The notes under the pieces were generated by a model that ran no database searches, was not told where the DNA came from, and was given only the letters and a program-made list of their open reading frames with translations. From positions 1-59,268 of the forward strand of contig CAYVME010000002.1 in NCBI GenBank assembly GCA_964452415.1: DNA of 59,268 nt, in the 5' to 3' direction. The translations under genes and the position numbers were made by a program. The stretch comes from an uncultured Bdellovibrionales bacterium. Lineage in GTDB: Bacteria > Patescibacteriota > Minisyncoccia > Moranbacterales > GWC2-37-73. This document shows, in pieces, positions 25,744 to 34,325 of this stretch (positions are counted from its first letter, which is position 1; the number at the start of each line of letters is the position of its first letter).

Positions 25744-27300
25744 CTAATTGTTATTCCAATAATAAACCATTCCCTCTCCCTTAATCTCCTTGCTTTCTTT
25801 TTTTTCAAAATTATCTTCAATATATTCCAAGACTCCCTTTTTTAAAAAGGCATTATCCTTTTCGGGTATAACTATCCAACCCGACTTATTCTCTGATCTT
25901 ATTTTGTTCAAATAATCCTTAGAAATAAGTTTGTTTTGCAGATTAAATTCACCTCCAAAATCATAAACTTCAAGATTCAAATCTGAAAAATAATAATTCC
26001 TATATTCCCTCGTTATTAAAACATCTCCTGCCTGAGCATTTTTTTTGACATATTCAAAAACACTGCGATAATCAAGTTCATCCCTAACTGGATTGTCATC
26101 ATAAATGCCTTCATCCGATGAAAGAAATTTCCAATTTGGAATAAGCACTAGCATCACCAACAAAGAAAGATAAAATATTTTCTCTTTATTTATTTTGAAA
26201 TTATTTCTCAAGCAATCCGCAACATAAAAAATCCCAGAGGCCAACAATGTCATTTCAAAGGATCTTGCAATAAAAATATAGCGATCAAAAGGACCAACGC
26301 TCCAAACAAATATTGCAAGAAAAATAATCACAAGATACGACAAAGCCATCCAGAGAGCTCTCTTTGATAGGAATCTTTTTTCATCATTAAACATCATATA
26401 AGAACCATAAGCCATTAAGACCAAAGCAACTGAAAAGAAAGAATAATTATCCGACAAACGATTCACATAGGCATAGTTGCTTTCAAATATTTCAAAGATA
26501 CCAGAATTACCGATAATGATTTGAGGAAAATAAAAATATACAACCAAATAAGCAACAAACATGGTCGCTACTGCCACCACATATTTGTTGAAAAATGATT
26601 TCGTTTTGAAATAAACAAAAATCACCTGCGTCAAACAATACACAAAAAAAACAGGAGCAATGTCAACCACTAGTGGTTGCAAGTGATATCCAAGCAGGCC
26701 AAACAAAAAAGTTGGCAAAATCCACACAGGATTTACAATTATCTTTTCCTGTATCAATTTAATGATACCAATCTTTCCTGCATATTTTTCCTCCCACAAC
26801 ATATACACAGACCATGAAAAAGCCACAAAAACCGGGAAAAACATGGCGTACATTCTGAGCATGCGATCAAGAACGATTGCTGAAACACTAACGGAAAACA
26901 AAAATGCGCTCAGAAGCCCGATAGTCTTATTTTTTGTAAAATAAGTCGAAAAGAAATACATCAACACAATTGAAATAACTCCCCAAAAAATACTGACCAA
27001 ACGAGCAACTGATTCTGCGGGAGGAAAAATTTTGAAAAGTTGTGCCACTTGCCATCTGTAAATCCAACTTCTCTCGTTTCTTGATTTTTTGATGTCTTCT
27101 GTCAAATTTTCATCAACTGCAACCGCATCAGTCTTGAAATCCCAAGCTTTCCATTGCCCAGTTTGGTGAAAACCATATGCGGCAGCCACATCAAAGAATT
27201 CATCGCCAGCGAAAGACTTCTCTCCCAGATTATATGCGCGCAAAAAAAATCCAAGAACAACGATCGCAAAGAGTATCGAAAATATTTTTTTATTGTTCAT
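25744..27300 (-). CDS. GT-C fold membrane glycosyltransferase (ArnT/PMT-like), tandem paralog 2 of 3
   Basis: FAGDEFFD and ARLVSIFWGVISIVLMYFFSTYF. It is collinear with its neighbours. I trimmed the start to ATG 27300. Confidence 0.75.
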   Translation of the reverse strand: MNNKKIFSILFAIVVLGFFLRAYNLGEKSFAGDEFFDVAAAYGFHQTGQWKAWDFKTDAVAVDENLTEDIKKSRNERSWIYRWQVAQLFKIFPPAESVARLVSIFWGVISIVLMYFFSTYFTKNKTIGLLSAFLFSVSVSAIVLDRMLRMYAMFFPVFVAFSWSVYMLWEEKYAGKIGIIKLIQEKIIVNPVWILPTFLFGLLGYHLQPLVVDIAPVFFVYCLTQVIFVYFKTKSFFNKYVVAVATMFVAYLVVYFYFPQIIIGNSGIFEIFESNYAYVNRLSDNYSFFSVALVLMAYGSYMMFNDEKRFLSKRALWMALSYLVIIFLAIFVWSVGPFDRYIFIARSFEMTLLASGIFYVADCLRNNFKINKEKIFYLSLLVMLVLIPNWKFLSSDEGIYDDNPVRDELDYRSVFEYVKKNAQAGDVLITREYRNYYFSDLNLEVYDFGGEFNLQNKLISKDYLNKIRSENKSGWIVIPEKDNAFLKKGVLEYIEDNFEKKESKEIKGEGMVYYWNNN

Positions 27301-27310
27301 TTTTATATAT

Positions 27311-28858
27311 TCACTTCCCCCAAGTGTAGACAACCACCCATTTGGAAAAAGATTTATCACTGACTCTGGTCAAATTATTTTTCAGATATTCCCTGCCGGC
27401 CTTGCAAACATAGTTGTTATCGATATTGGGCAAAACAATCCAGCCACTCTTGTTCTCAGCTATAATTTGCCCAAACAACTTGTCACAATTCGGACTTTTG
27501 AAAGAATATCTTTGACTTTTTATGCCATAGGTTTTGAAGTTTGCTCCCGACCAATAAAAACTCCTATAAGCCCTGGTCACGATAACATCTTCCGGACTGG
27601 AATTTGGCAAAATATAAGCAAAAACATCTCGAAAATCTGCATACGCAGAATTCTTGTTGGCCACATACATCGATTTTTCACCCTTGAAATAACTGAAGTC
27701 AAGAACAAATAGCATCAAAATCAATCCTGCGATGATGATCATTTTTTTGTAAGCCTTGAAATGATCCATGAAAAATCGCAATATTGCCACAATACCAACT
27801 GCTGACAATATGGCCACAAAAGATTGAATAAAATACACATATCTGTGAGCAGGCGTTCTGTTCCAAATAAAAATTGAACTCAAAAGAGGAAGCGCCAAGG
27901 AAATGAAAAGAAACAGTGATTCTTTTGGACGCTTTAATTTTTTTGCCAGATACCAAGCACCGATCAAAACAAAAAATATGCCAACCCAGGGATATGTTGT
28001 GTCTGAAAAAACATTCCCGATATAACTATAATCATCAGAAAAGAAACTGACCTGTTTGTCGAGATATTTATAAAAGTTACCAAAAAATAATTTCACCCCA
28101 ATAAAACTTCCCAGTGCGCCAAAAATTATTATGGTGTGAACATTGATTATTTTTTGAATCAGTGGTTTTTTTCTGATAAACCATATTGACCTGATCAAAG
28201 AATATGCAACGACAGTGAAGCCGACATTTAATGTCGCCAAATGAATGTCTGCACTGATAAGCCCAAAAATCAAAACACCCCACAAGTATGATGGATTGAA
28301 ACCAAGAAATTCGTGAAGCTTCTCAAAGTAGAAATTCTTTCCCCTATATTTAGCTTCATAAAATTTATAGATAAACCAAGACAGAATCAAATAAACAGGA
28401 TACAGCATGGAATACATCCTAAGCCTTCTTCCGAAAATAATGCCAGATTCTCCAACTGCCACCAAAAAAGCTGCCAAAAGCGCAATATAAATATCCCCCG
28501 TAAATGAAAATGCCACCAAGAAGACCACAACCACTCCCAATGTCCCCCAAAAGGCACTCAAGGATCGCATTAGCGTCTCCGAAGGCTCAAAGAAATGATA
28601 CAGTTGAGCCAATTGCCAACGATACACCTCGGCTCTTTCATTACTGGAACTGTCTTGCAAATCCTCATCAAAAGGTTTTCCCATATTGAAATCCCAGGCC
28701 ACGAAATCTCCAGTTTTAAAATATCCATAAGAAGTATTGGCCTCAAAAAATTCATCCCTGTCCAGCGCTGTCACTCCGAGATTATAAAAACGCAGAATTC
28801 CGCCCAAAAGAACAATAATTACCAAAGAAATGATGACTAATTTTTTTTCATTTAACAT
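27311..28858 (-). CDS. GT-C fold membrane glycosyltransferase (ArnT/PMT-like), tandem paralog 1 of 3
   Basis: LDRDEFFE and MRSLSAFWGTLGVVVVFLVAFSF. It has the same architecture as the two downstream paralogs. Confidence 0.75.
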   Translation of the reverse strand: MLNEKKLVIISLVIIVLLGGILRFYNLGVTALDRDEFFEANTSYGYFKTGDFVAWDFNMGKPFDEDLQDSSSNERAEVYRWQLAQLYHFFEPSETLMRSLSAFWGTLGVVVVFLVAFSFTGDIYIALLAAFLVAVGESGIIFGRRLRMYSMLYPVYLILSWFIYKFYEAKYRGKNFYFEKLHEFLGFNPSYLWGVLIFGLISADIHLATLNVGFTVVAYSLIRSIWFIRKKPLIQKIINVHTIIIFGALGSFIGVKLFFGNFYKYLDKQVSFFSDDYSYIGNVFSDTTYPWVGIFFVLIGAWYLAKKLKRPKESLFLFISLALPLLSSIFIWNRTPAHRYVYFIQSFVAILSAVGIVAILRFFMDHFKAYKKMIIIAGLILMLFVLDFSYFKGEKSMYVANKNSAYADFRDVFAYILPNSSPEDVIVTRAYRSFYWSGANFKTYGIKSQRYSFKSPNCDKLFGQIIAENKSGWIVLPNIDNNYVCKAGREYLKNNLTRVSDKSFSKWVVVYTWGK

Positions 28859-28860
28859 AG

Positions 28861-28889
28861 TTGACTTTTATTTAAAAAAATGCTATACA
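28861..28889 (+). promoter_or_regulatory. Sigma70-type promoter with extended -10 for the metallophosphoesterase pair
   Basis: TTGACT (28861-28866), a 17-nt spacer, then TGcTATACA (28881-28889). This supports the ATG at 28917 as the start. Confidence 0.55.
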
Positions 28890-28916
28890 TGTTTAAACAA
28901 TGATCTATTTAACACT

Positions 28917-30296
28917 ATGATATCAAAAATTAAGAAATTTGTAAAATTGATAAATAGGTTAAAAATATACTTCCTCGCAAAGAAAGAACGCCTCTTTTAC
29001 ATGAATTTTTTCAAATTTTCCAATAATCCACCTCACCCAAAGAAAAGAGTCCTCACTACCTTGTCAATTATCATTTTTTCCTTTCTCTTGATCTGCATTG
29101 GGACATTGTATTACCTGGGGTATTTCAAAAAAGTTAGCGACGGCTTTCCCGAAACCATTGAGTACTTGCACTCTCTGCCAAAAGCAGAAAAACTCTACAT
29201 ATGGTCAAATAGCGAAAATTTTTGCAAACTGTTCAATGGCAAATGCGTTTGGGGAAATAGCATTCCCGAATATTCAGAATTCGACTATTTTGTCTTTTTT
29301 GTAAATCAAGACAAAAGCGTCCTCACCAACGATGGAAAATATTCAGATTTCAAAAAATATGCATCCGAAAAAATAGTTGTCAAAAAGAGAAGCAATCTGG
29401 TGACAAAAGCTGAAATAGTTAGTCATTTGGATATTCCTTCCGAGCTTATTCCGCCACCATCAGAATTTACTTTTGCCATTATCGGTGATTCTCAACGATG
29501 GAAACAACGCGACTTGGAAACAAGTCAATTCTATTCAATTCTAGGAAATATAAAGAAGATTAAGCCCGACTTCCTCTTGGCCATGGGAGATTTGACGCCT
29601 GACTACGCTTGTCCAGATGCAACAGCAACTTGTCGCGCTCATTACGAAAAATGGAAAAGTGAGATTGAAAAATATGTCCCAATCATATATCCTGCAATGG
29701 GAAACCATGATGAAGCAAACAAAGGAAGATTATTTTATAAGGATGTTTTTTCTCTGCCAAACAATGGCCCCGTCGGTTCTGACGCCATGGCATATTCATT
29801 AAATTACAAGAATTCACTTTTTGTCTTTTTTGATGATTTTTATGAATCAGAAGAAAAAAAACTTACAACAAGCTTTCAAAAACAAACTGATTGGCTAAAT
29901 CAAAATCTTAAAAATACCACAAGGAGAAACATTTTTTTTGTAGCTCATGCTCCAAGTTTCAACAGAGCAGAACCCATAAACACTCCCCGTTGGAAGAATC
30001 TTTTTGAAAATAATGTCTTTGCAACCTTTGCTGGTCACACCCACGTTTTCTGTCAAAGAACTGCCACGGCTGAAGAATTTGAAGCTGGGAATGGAGAATT
30101 ACATCATTTTATCATTGGAAATTCAGGCTCCATGAATCATCCTTTCCCGCCGGATTGTGAAAAAAAATATCAAGGTCCCCACTTTGCCATTGTGAAAATA
30201 AAAGGATCAGAAATGCAAATAACTATCCACGATTTCAGGGGCAACGAAATAGCAAAAACAATTGTTAACAACGAAAATTATTATCTGAGCAAATAA
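28917..30296 (+). CDS. Membrane-anchored calcineurin-like (purple-acid-phosphatase-like) metallophosphoesterase, paralog 1
   Basis: One TM helix, an N-terminal module (YLHSLPKAEKLYIWSN...FDYFVFF), then metallophosphoesterase motifs (IIGDSQ, GDLT, GNHD, HAP, GHTH). The start could alternatively be 29001. Confidence 0.8.
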   Translation: MISKIKKFVKLINRLKIYFLAKKERLFYMNFFKFSNNPPHPKKRVLTTLSIIIFSFLLICIGTLYYLGYFKKVSDGFPETIEYLHSLPKAEKLYIWSNSENFCKLFNGKCVWGNSIPEYSEFDYFVFFVNQDKSVLTNDGKYSDFKKYASEKIVVKKRSNLVTKAEIVSHLDIPSELIPPPSEFTFAIIGDSQRWKQRDLETSQFYSILGNIKKIKPDFLLAMGDLTPDYACPDATATCRAHYEKWKSEIEKYVPIIYPAMGNHDEANKGRLFYKDVFSLPNNGPVGSDAMAYSLNYKNSLFVFFDDFYESEEKKLTTSFQKQTDWLNQNLKNTTRRNIFFVAHAPSFNRAEPINTPRWKNLFENNVFATFAGHTHVFCQRTATAEEFEAGNGELHHFIIGNSGSMNHPFPPDCEKKYQGPHFAIVKIKGSEMQITIHDFRGNEIAKTIVNNENYYLSK

Positions 30297-30306
30297 GAAC
30301 AGTCCT

Positions 30307-31671
30307 ATGAAAAATAAGATTATTGCGGTTATAAAAAAACATCTCAAGAGATTTATTAGCCTGAAAAGTGTGCGGGTTAGAATTGATAAAATGCTTGAAA
30401 TAATCACTGCCATTCCGAGAAAGCATCCCGTATCTTTTCTTTTGCGATTGCCAATTCTATTTTTATCTGTTTGCGCATTGCTAATAATCGCGACACTTTT
30501 TAATCTGGATAAAAAGAATGATGGCTCCCAAGAAACTGCAACATATCTGAACAACCTGCCTGGAAACGAAAATGCAGTTATTTGGTCAAACAAAAAAAAT
30601 CTTTGCGAAAAATATCAACACACCTGTTATTGGGGTTCTGAGTTGCCAAAAGACACTGATATCGACTATCTTGTGTTTTTCATGAACCAAGCTGATGAAT
30701 CTGACATGGATAATGGTGATTTTTCACATCTAACAAATTTTTCAAATCCCACAAAAGAAATAAGTCGAGAAAATTTCTTCTTTGATTCCAAAAAATCAAG
30801 GATGCTTGAAGCTAAAAATATTCCGCAAAATCTTCTCCCCAACGCCCCGGAGTTTTCTTTCGCAATTCTTGGAGATTCGCAAAATTGGCCCAACAGTCCA
30901 ATTCAAAATGCGCAATTTGAAAGGATTATAGACAAAGTGAAAGATCTCAATCCTGATTTCATTTTATCAGTCGGAGATCTGACAAGTCTTGCGGGTTGCG
31001 TGAATGCCCAGACATGCCTGCCCTATTTCCAGAAATGGAAAGACCGAGTCAATCAAGCAAGCCCCAATGTGTATCCAGCAATTGGCAATCACGATTTCGA
31101 AAAGGGCGGTATGCGAATTTGGCAAACACTCTTTGAAACACCAAAAAATGGGCCCCTGGATCTCAAAGGAACTGTTTTTTCATTTGACTACAAAAATTCA
31201 CATTTTGTTTTTCTCAACAGTGAACTGTTCGAAGAAAGAAATGAGAACTCAACTCAATTCAACTGGCTGACACAAGATTTGAAAAACAACACAAAACAAA
31301 ACACATTTGCAATTTCACACCGTCCTGATTTTCCAAATGCATCATTCCCACAAATGCACAAATGGAAAACACTATCAGATGGCAAAACTTTGGCTTATTT
31401 TTCTGGACACATCCACACCCATTGCTACAGACAGATCGCATCATCAGATGTGGCTTCTTCAGCCAACTGGACAATCAATCATTTCATCATAGGCAACTCA
31501 GGGTCAAAAACAACAAATGCCCAAGCCAATTGCATGCAAGAAACAAGAAAGGCTCATTTTGCAATAGCCAAAGTTAAAGGAAGCAATCTCAACATCCAAA
31601 CATACGACTCCGAGGGAAACAAATTATTCGAAAACGATATTGATAACAATAAATACTACGATCCGAAATAG
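30307..31671 (+). CDS. Membrane-anchored calcineurin-like metallophosphoesterase, paralog 2
   Basis: Same architecture as paralog 1: YLNNLPGNENAVIWSN...IDYLVFF, then ILGDSQ, GDLT, GNHD, HRP and GHIH. Confidence 0.8.
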   Translation: MKNKIIAVIKKHLKRFISLKSVRVRIDKMLEIITAIPRKHPVSFLLRLPILFLSVCALLIIATLFNLDKKNDGSQETATYLNNLPGNENAVIWSNKKNLCEKYQHTCYWGSELPKDTDIDYLVFFMNQADESDMDNGDFSHLTNFSNPTKEISRENFFFDSKKSRMLEAKNIPQNLLPNAPEFSFAILGDSQNWPNSPIQNAQFERIIDKVKDLNPDFILSVGDLTSLAGCVNAQTCLPYFQKWKDRVNQASPNVYPAIGNHDFEKGGMRIWQTLFETPKNGPLDLKGTVFSFDYKNSHFVFLNSELFEERNENSTQFNWLTQDLKNNTKQNTFAISHRPDFPNASFPQMHKWKTLSDGKTLAYFSGHIHTHCYRQIASSDVASSANWTINHFIIGNSGSKTTNAQANCMQETRKAHFAIAKVKGSNLNIQTYDSEGNKLFENDIDNNKYYDPK

Positions 31672-31684
31672 CACTTCGGAAAAA

Positions 31685-32338
31685 TTATTCAAGATTAATA
31701 ACCTCGTAATTCAAATCAAATCTGTTGGTTAATCCTTGAATGGCTTGATATTTTATTCCGCCATATTCTCTTTTCCAGAAATCGCCATGCCTGTGGCCTG
31801 AAAAAACATAATCCACTTTATATTTCTTGAAAACATCATTTATTTTTTTACAATCCTTGAGCACACCATCTGTTCCATATTTAAAAACAGGATAGTGCAT
31901 AAAAATCGCCACTTTCTTGTCTCCATATCCATTTAATTGCTTCTTGGGCCAATTTACATCACCCTTACCGCAATTTTTGTAATCAACAATGACAATTCTC
32001 CAATCTTCCTTATTAAAAGAATAATGCTTTGATCCACCAACCTGAAGCTTTTTGTCGTGATTTCCGTTGGCCCAATATACATCTCTTCCAGCAGTCATTT
32101 CTTTCAACTGCGTGGCGTATTTTTTCTCTCCTCTTTCTGTGTTATCACCCAAAGTAACAATGATTCCCTTTGTTTTATTCAAAACTTCCTGAAATGCCGT
32201 CTTCCATCTTGGAACACAAACAAAGTCGCCACATCTATTTGTACCTCCGGCATGAATATCCGCAACCACATTCAAGGTTAATGCTTTTCCCGGAAGAGGA
32301 AAAAGCAAAATCAACACCAAAACAATTATATTTTTCAT
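31685..32338 (-). CDS. Secreted calcineurin-like metallophosphoesterase
   Basis: 217-aa ORF with a signal peptide (MKNIIVLVLILLFPLPGKA) and motifs ADIHAGG, GDN, GNHD, MHYP and GHRH. Confidence 0.8.
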   Translation of the reverse strand: MKNIIVLVLILLFPLPGKALTLNVVADIHAGGTNRCGDFVCVPRWKTAFQEVLNKTKGIIVTLGDNTERGEKKYATQLKEMTAGRDVYWANGNHDKKLQVGGSKHYSFNKEDWRIVIVDYKNCGKGDVNWPKKQLNGYGDKKVAIFMHYPVFKYGTDGVLKDCKKINDVFKKYKVDYVFSGHRHGDFWKREYGGIKYQAIQGLTNRFDLNYEVINLE

Positions 32339-32420
32339 AGAAATATACTTTACAGATGCCTTTATATTTATTATAGTTTTATTATATTAATTATATCTCA
32401 TTATAACTCAAAATAAAATT

Positions 32421-34304
32421 ATGGCCAAATTGAACTTTTTCAGAAAAATCCGATTTTACATAAAAAATAAACCGAAACTCATACCCATAACCTTTCTTTT
32501 TGGAATAGTATATCTGATTTATTTTTCATTTAGCTTTAACCATATTTCAGAATTTATAACGGCGGATGAACATTTTTGGGTAAACCAAAGAATATATACC
32601 TATTGGAACAGTGTTTTTAGTCCTGACAAATGGTCCAAAACAAAGCTGAGCGACAAACCAGGAGTCACAGTGGCATTGGTTTCAGGAGTGGGACTGTTAA
32701 AAGAAAGCAACCCCTACAAGACAATCAAGGATGCTGCCTCCGACAACATCAACGAACCCTTGGTGATAAAATCAGTCTACACAACATTTCGCATTCCTTT
32801 TGTTTTTTTCACGGCATTCTTTTCCATTTTTCTTTTTTGGATAACCAAAAAATTAACCGGGGATTTCTGGATTGCCTTTTGGTCATTCTCTTTGATGCTT
32901 CTTTCGCCCACTCTTTTGGGAATTTCTCAAATCACAAACGCTGATGCAGTCATGTGGTCCTTTTCATGCGCAACTCTGTTGTCATTTCTTGCCTATCTAA
33001 AAACAGAGGAGAAAAAAATCTTAATTCTTTCGCCGATTTTTCTGGGTCTTTCATTGCTGACAAAACTGGTAAGTGTCATTTTCTTTCCATTTTTGCTTCT
33101 TGTGGCTTTGTTGTTCATGATTGAAAAATTTGATGATTGGAAAAAAGATGGCACAGATGTCAGCAAGAAAATAACGATGGCACTGACTGCCTTTTTAATA
33201 ACCTTTCTGGGATCCCTTGTTGTTTTTTCCGTCTTTATGCCGGCAGTTTTCACTGATATCCAAATATTCCTTGAATACACCATCGGTTTTTCAGTAATGA
33301 AATACATTGTTCCGTTGATTCTTTTGTTTGTGACAACAATGTTGTTGGATGCTTGGAGACTTAAAAGCTTTTTAGCGATCAAGATTCTTGAGATTCTCAC
33401 ACCACGCAAAAATCTCATTTACAAATCAATTCCAATAATGCTTTTAGCATTTTTCGTCTTAACCATTCTGAACTGGAATTTGGGGCAATTCCTCCTTGAC
33501 CCAGAAAATGTTCTCAATCGCAACAGGGCAGAATTGCATTTCCTGTCCCGATATGCCCTGCATGAAAATCTGCTATATCAATTTTATCCGCTTGTGTTCT
33601 CGCTGACACCAATAGCGCTTATTTCCATTTTGTTTCTCTGGTCAAAATTCATTTTCAAAAACATCAAGGAGAGATTTTTGGTTTTGATCCTTTCTTTGTT
33701 TATATTGGTTTTCCTGGCAGCTTTGGTTGCTCTTGATATGCCTGCAATTATAAGATACATCATCGCTCTCTATCCCATATCTCTCATTTTGGCCAGCATA
33801 GGAATCAAGGAGTTATCAGAAAGCAAAAAATTCGCAAAAATAAGCAAGTTCCACATATCCCTCGTTCTTATTTTGTTCAGCTTTGCCAGTCTTTGGGCGA
33901 TAAAACCTTTCTATTTTAACTACACCAGCAATCTACTACCAAAGGAATATTCAATCGCATACGCCTGGGGTTATGGAGGCTACGAGGCTGCTCAATTCAT
34001 GAATTCATTGCCAAATGCTGAAAATCTCACTGTTTGGTCAGATTATTATGGTTTTCGAAATTTTTTCATTGGAACAACAACTACCGATTACATTCCCAAA
34101 AAAGGATCTGCGCCTATTGACTACTATATTTTAACAAAACAAGGACAAATAAAATATGATTACTGGTGCAATAAAGCCAAGAACTCTTGCGCGAAGAAAT
34201 ATGTTCCAGCTGGAAAATATTACACCAAAGAAAATCCGCTTTGGGAAATAAACATAGATGAGCGTCCGAATAATTTTATCAAAATTTATAAATCCGAAGA
34301 GTAA
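32421..34304 (+). CDS. GT-C fold membrane glycosyltransferase (ArnT/PMT-like), paralog A
   Basis: First-loop DE (ITADEHFW), KPGVTVALVSGVGLL, FRIPFVFFTAFFSIFLFWITKKL, and a C-terminal module (YEAAQFMNSLPNAENLTVWSD...IDYYIL). Confidence 0.75.
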   Translation: MAKLNFFRKIRFYIKNKPKLIPITFLFGIVYLIYFSFSFNHISEFITADEHFWVNQRIYTYWNSVFSPDKWSKTKLSDKPGVTVALVSGVGLLKESNPYKTIKDAASDNINEPLVIKSVYTTFRIPFVFFTAFFSIFLFWITKKLTGDFWIAFWSFSLMLLSPTLLGISQITNADAVMWSFSCATLLSFLAYLKTEEKKILILSPIFLGLSLLTKLVSVIFFPFLLLVALLFMIEKFDDWKKDGTDVSKKITMALTAFLITFLGSLVVFSVFMPAVFTDIQIFLEYTIGFSVMKYIVPLILLFVTTMLLDAWRLKSFLAIKILEILTPRKNLIYKSIPIMLLAFFVLTILNWNLGQFLLDPENVLNRNRAELHFLSRYALHENLLYQFYPLVFSLTPIALISILFLWSKFIFKNIKERFLVLILSLFILVFLAALVALDMPAIIRYIIALYPISLILASIGIKELSESKKFAKISKFHISLVLILFSFASLWAIKPFYFNYTSNLLPKEYSIAYAWGYGGYEAAQFMNSLPNAENLTVWSDYYGFRNFFIGTTTTDYIPKKGSAPIDYYILTKQGQIKYDYWCNKAKNSCAKKYVPAGKYYTKENPLWEINIDERPNNFIKIYKSEE

Positions 34305-34325
34305 TCTCTAAACAAAATTCCAACC

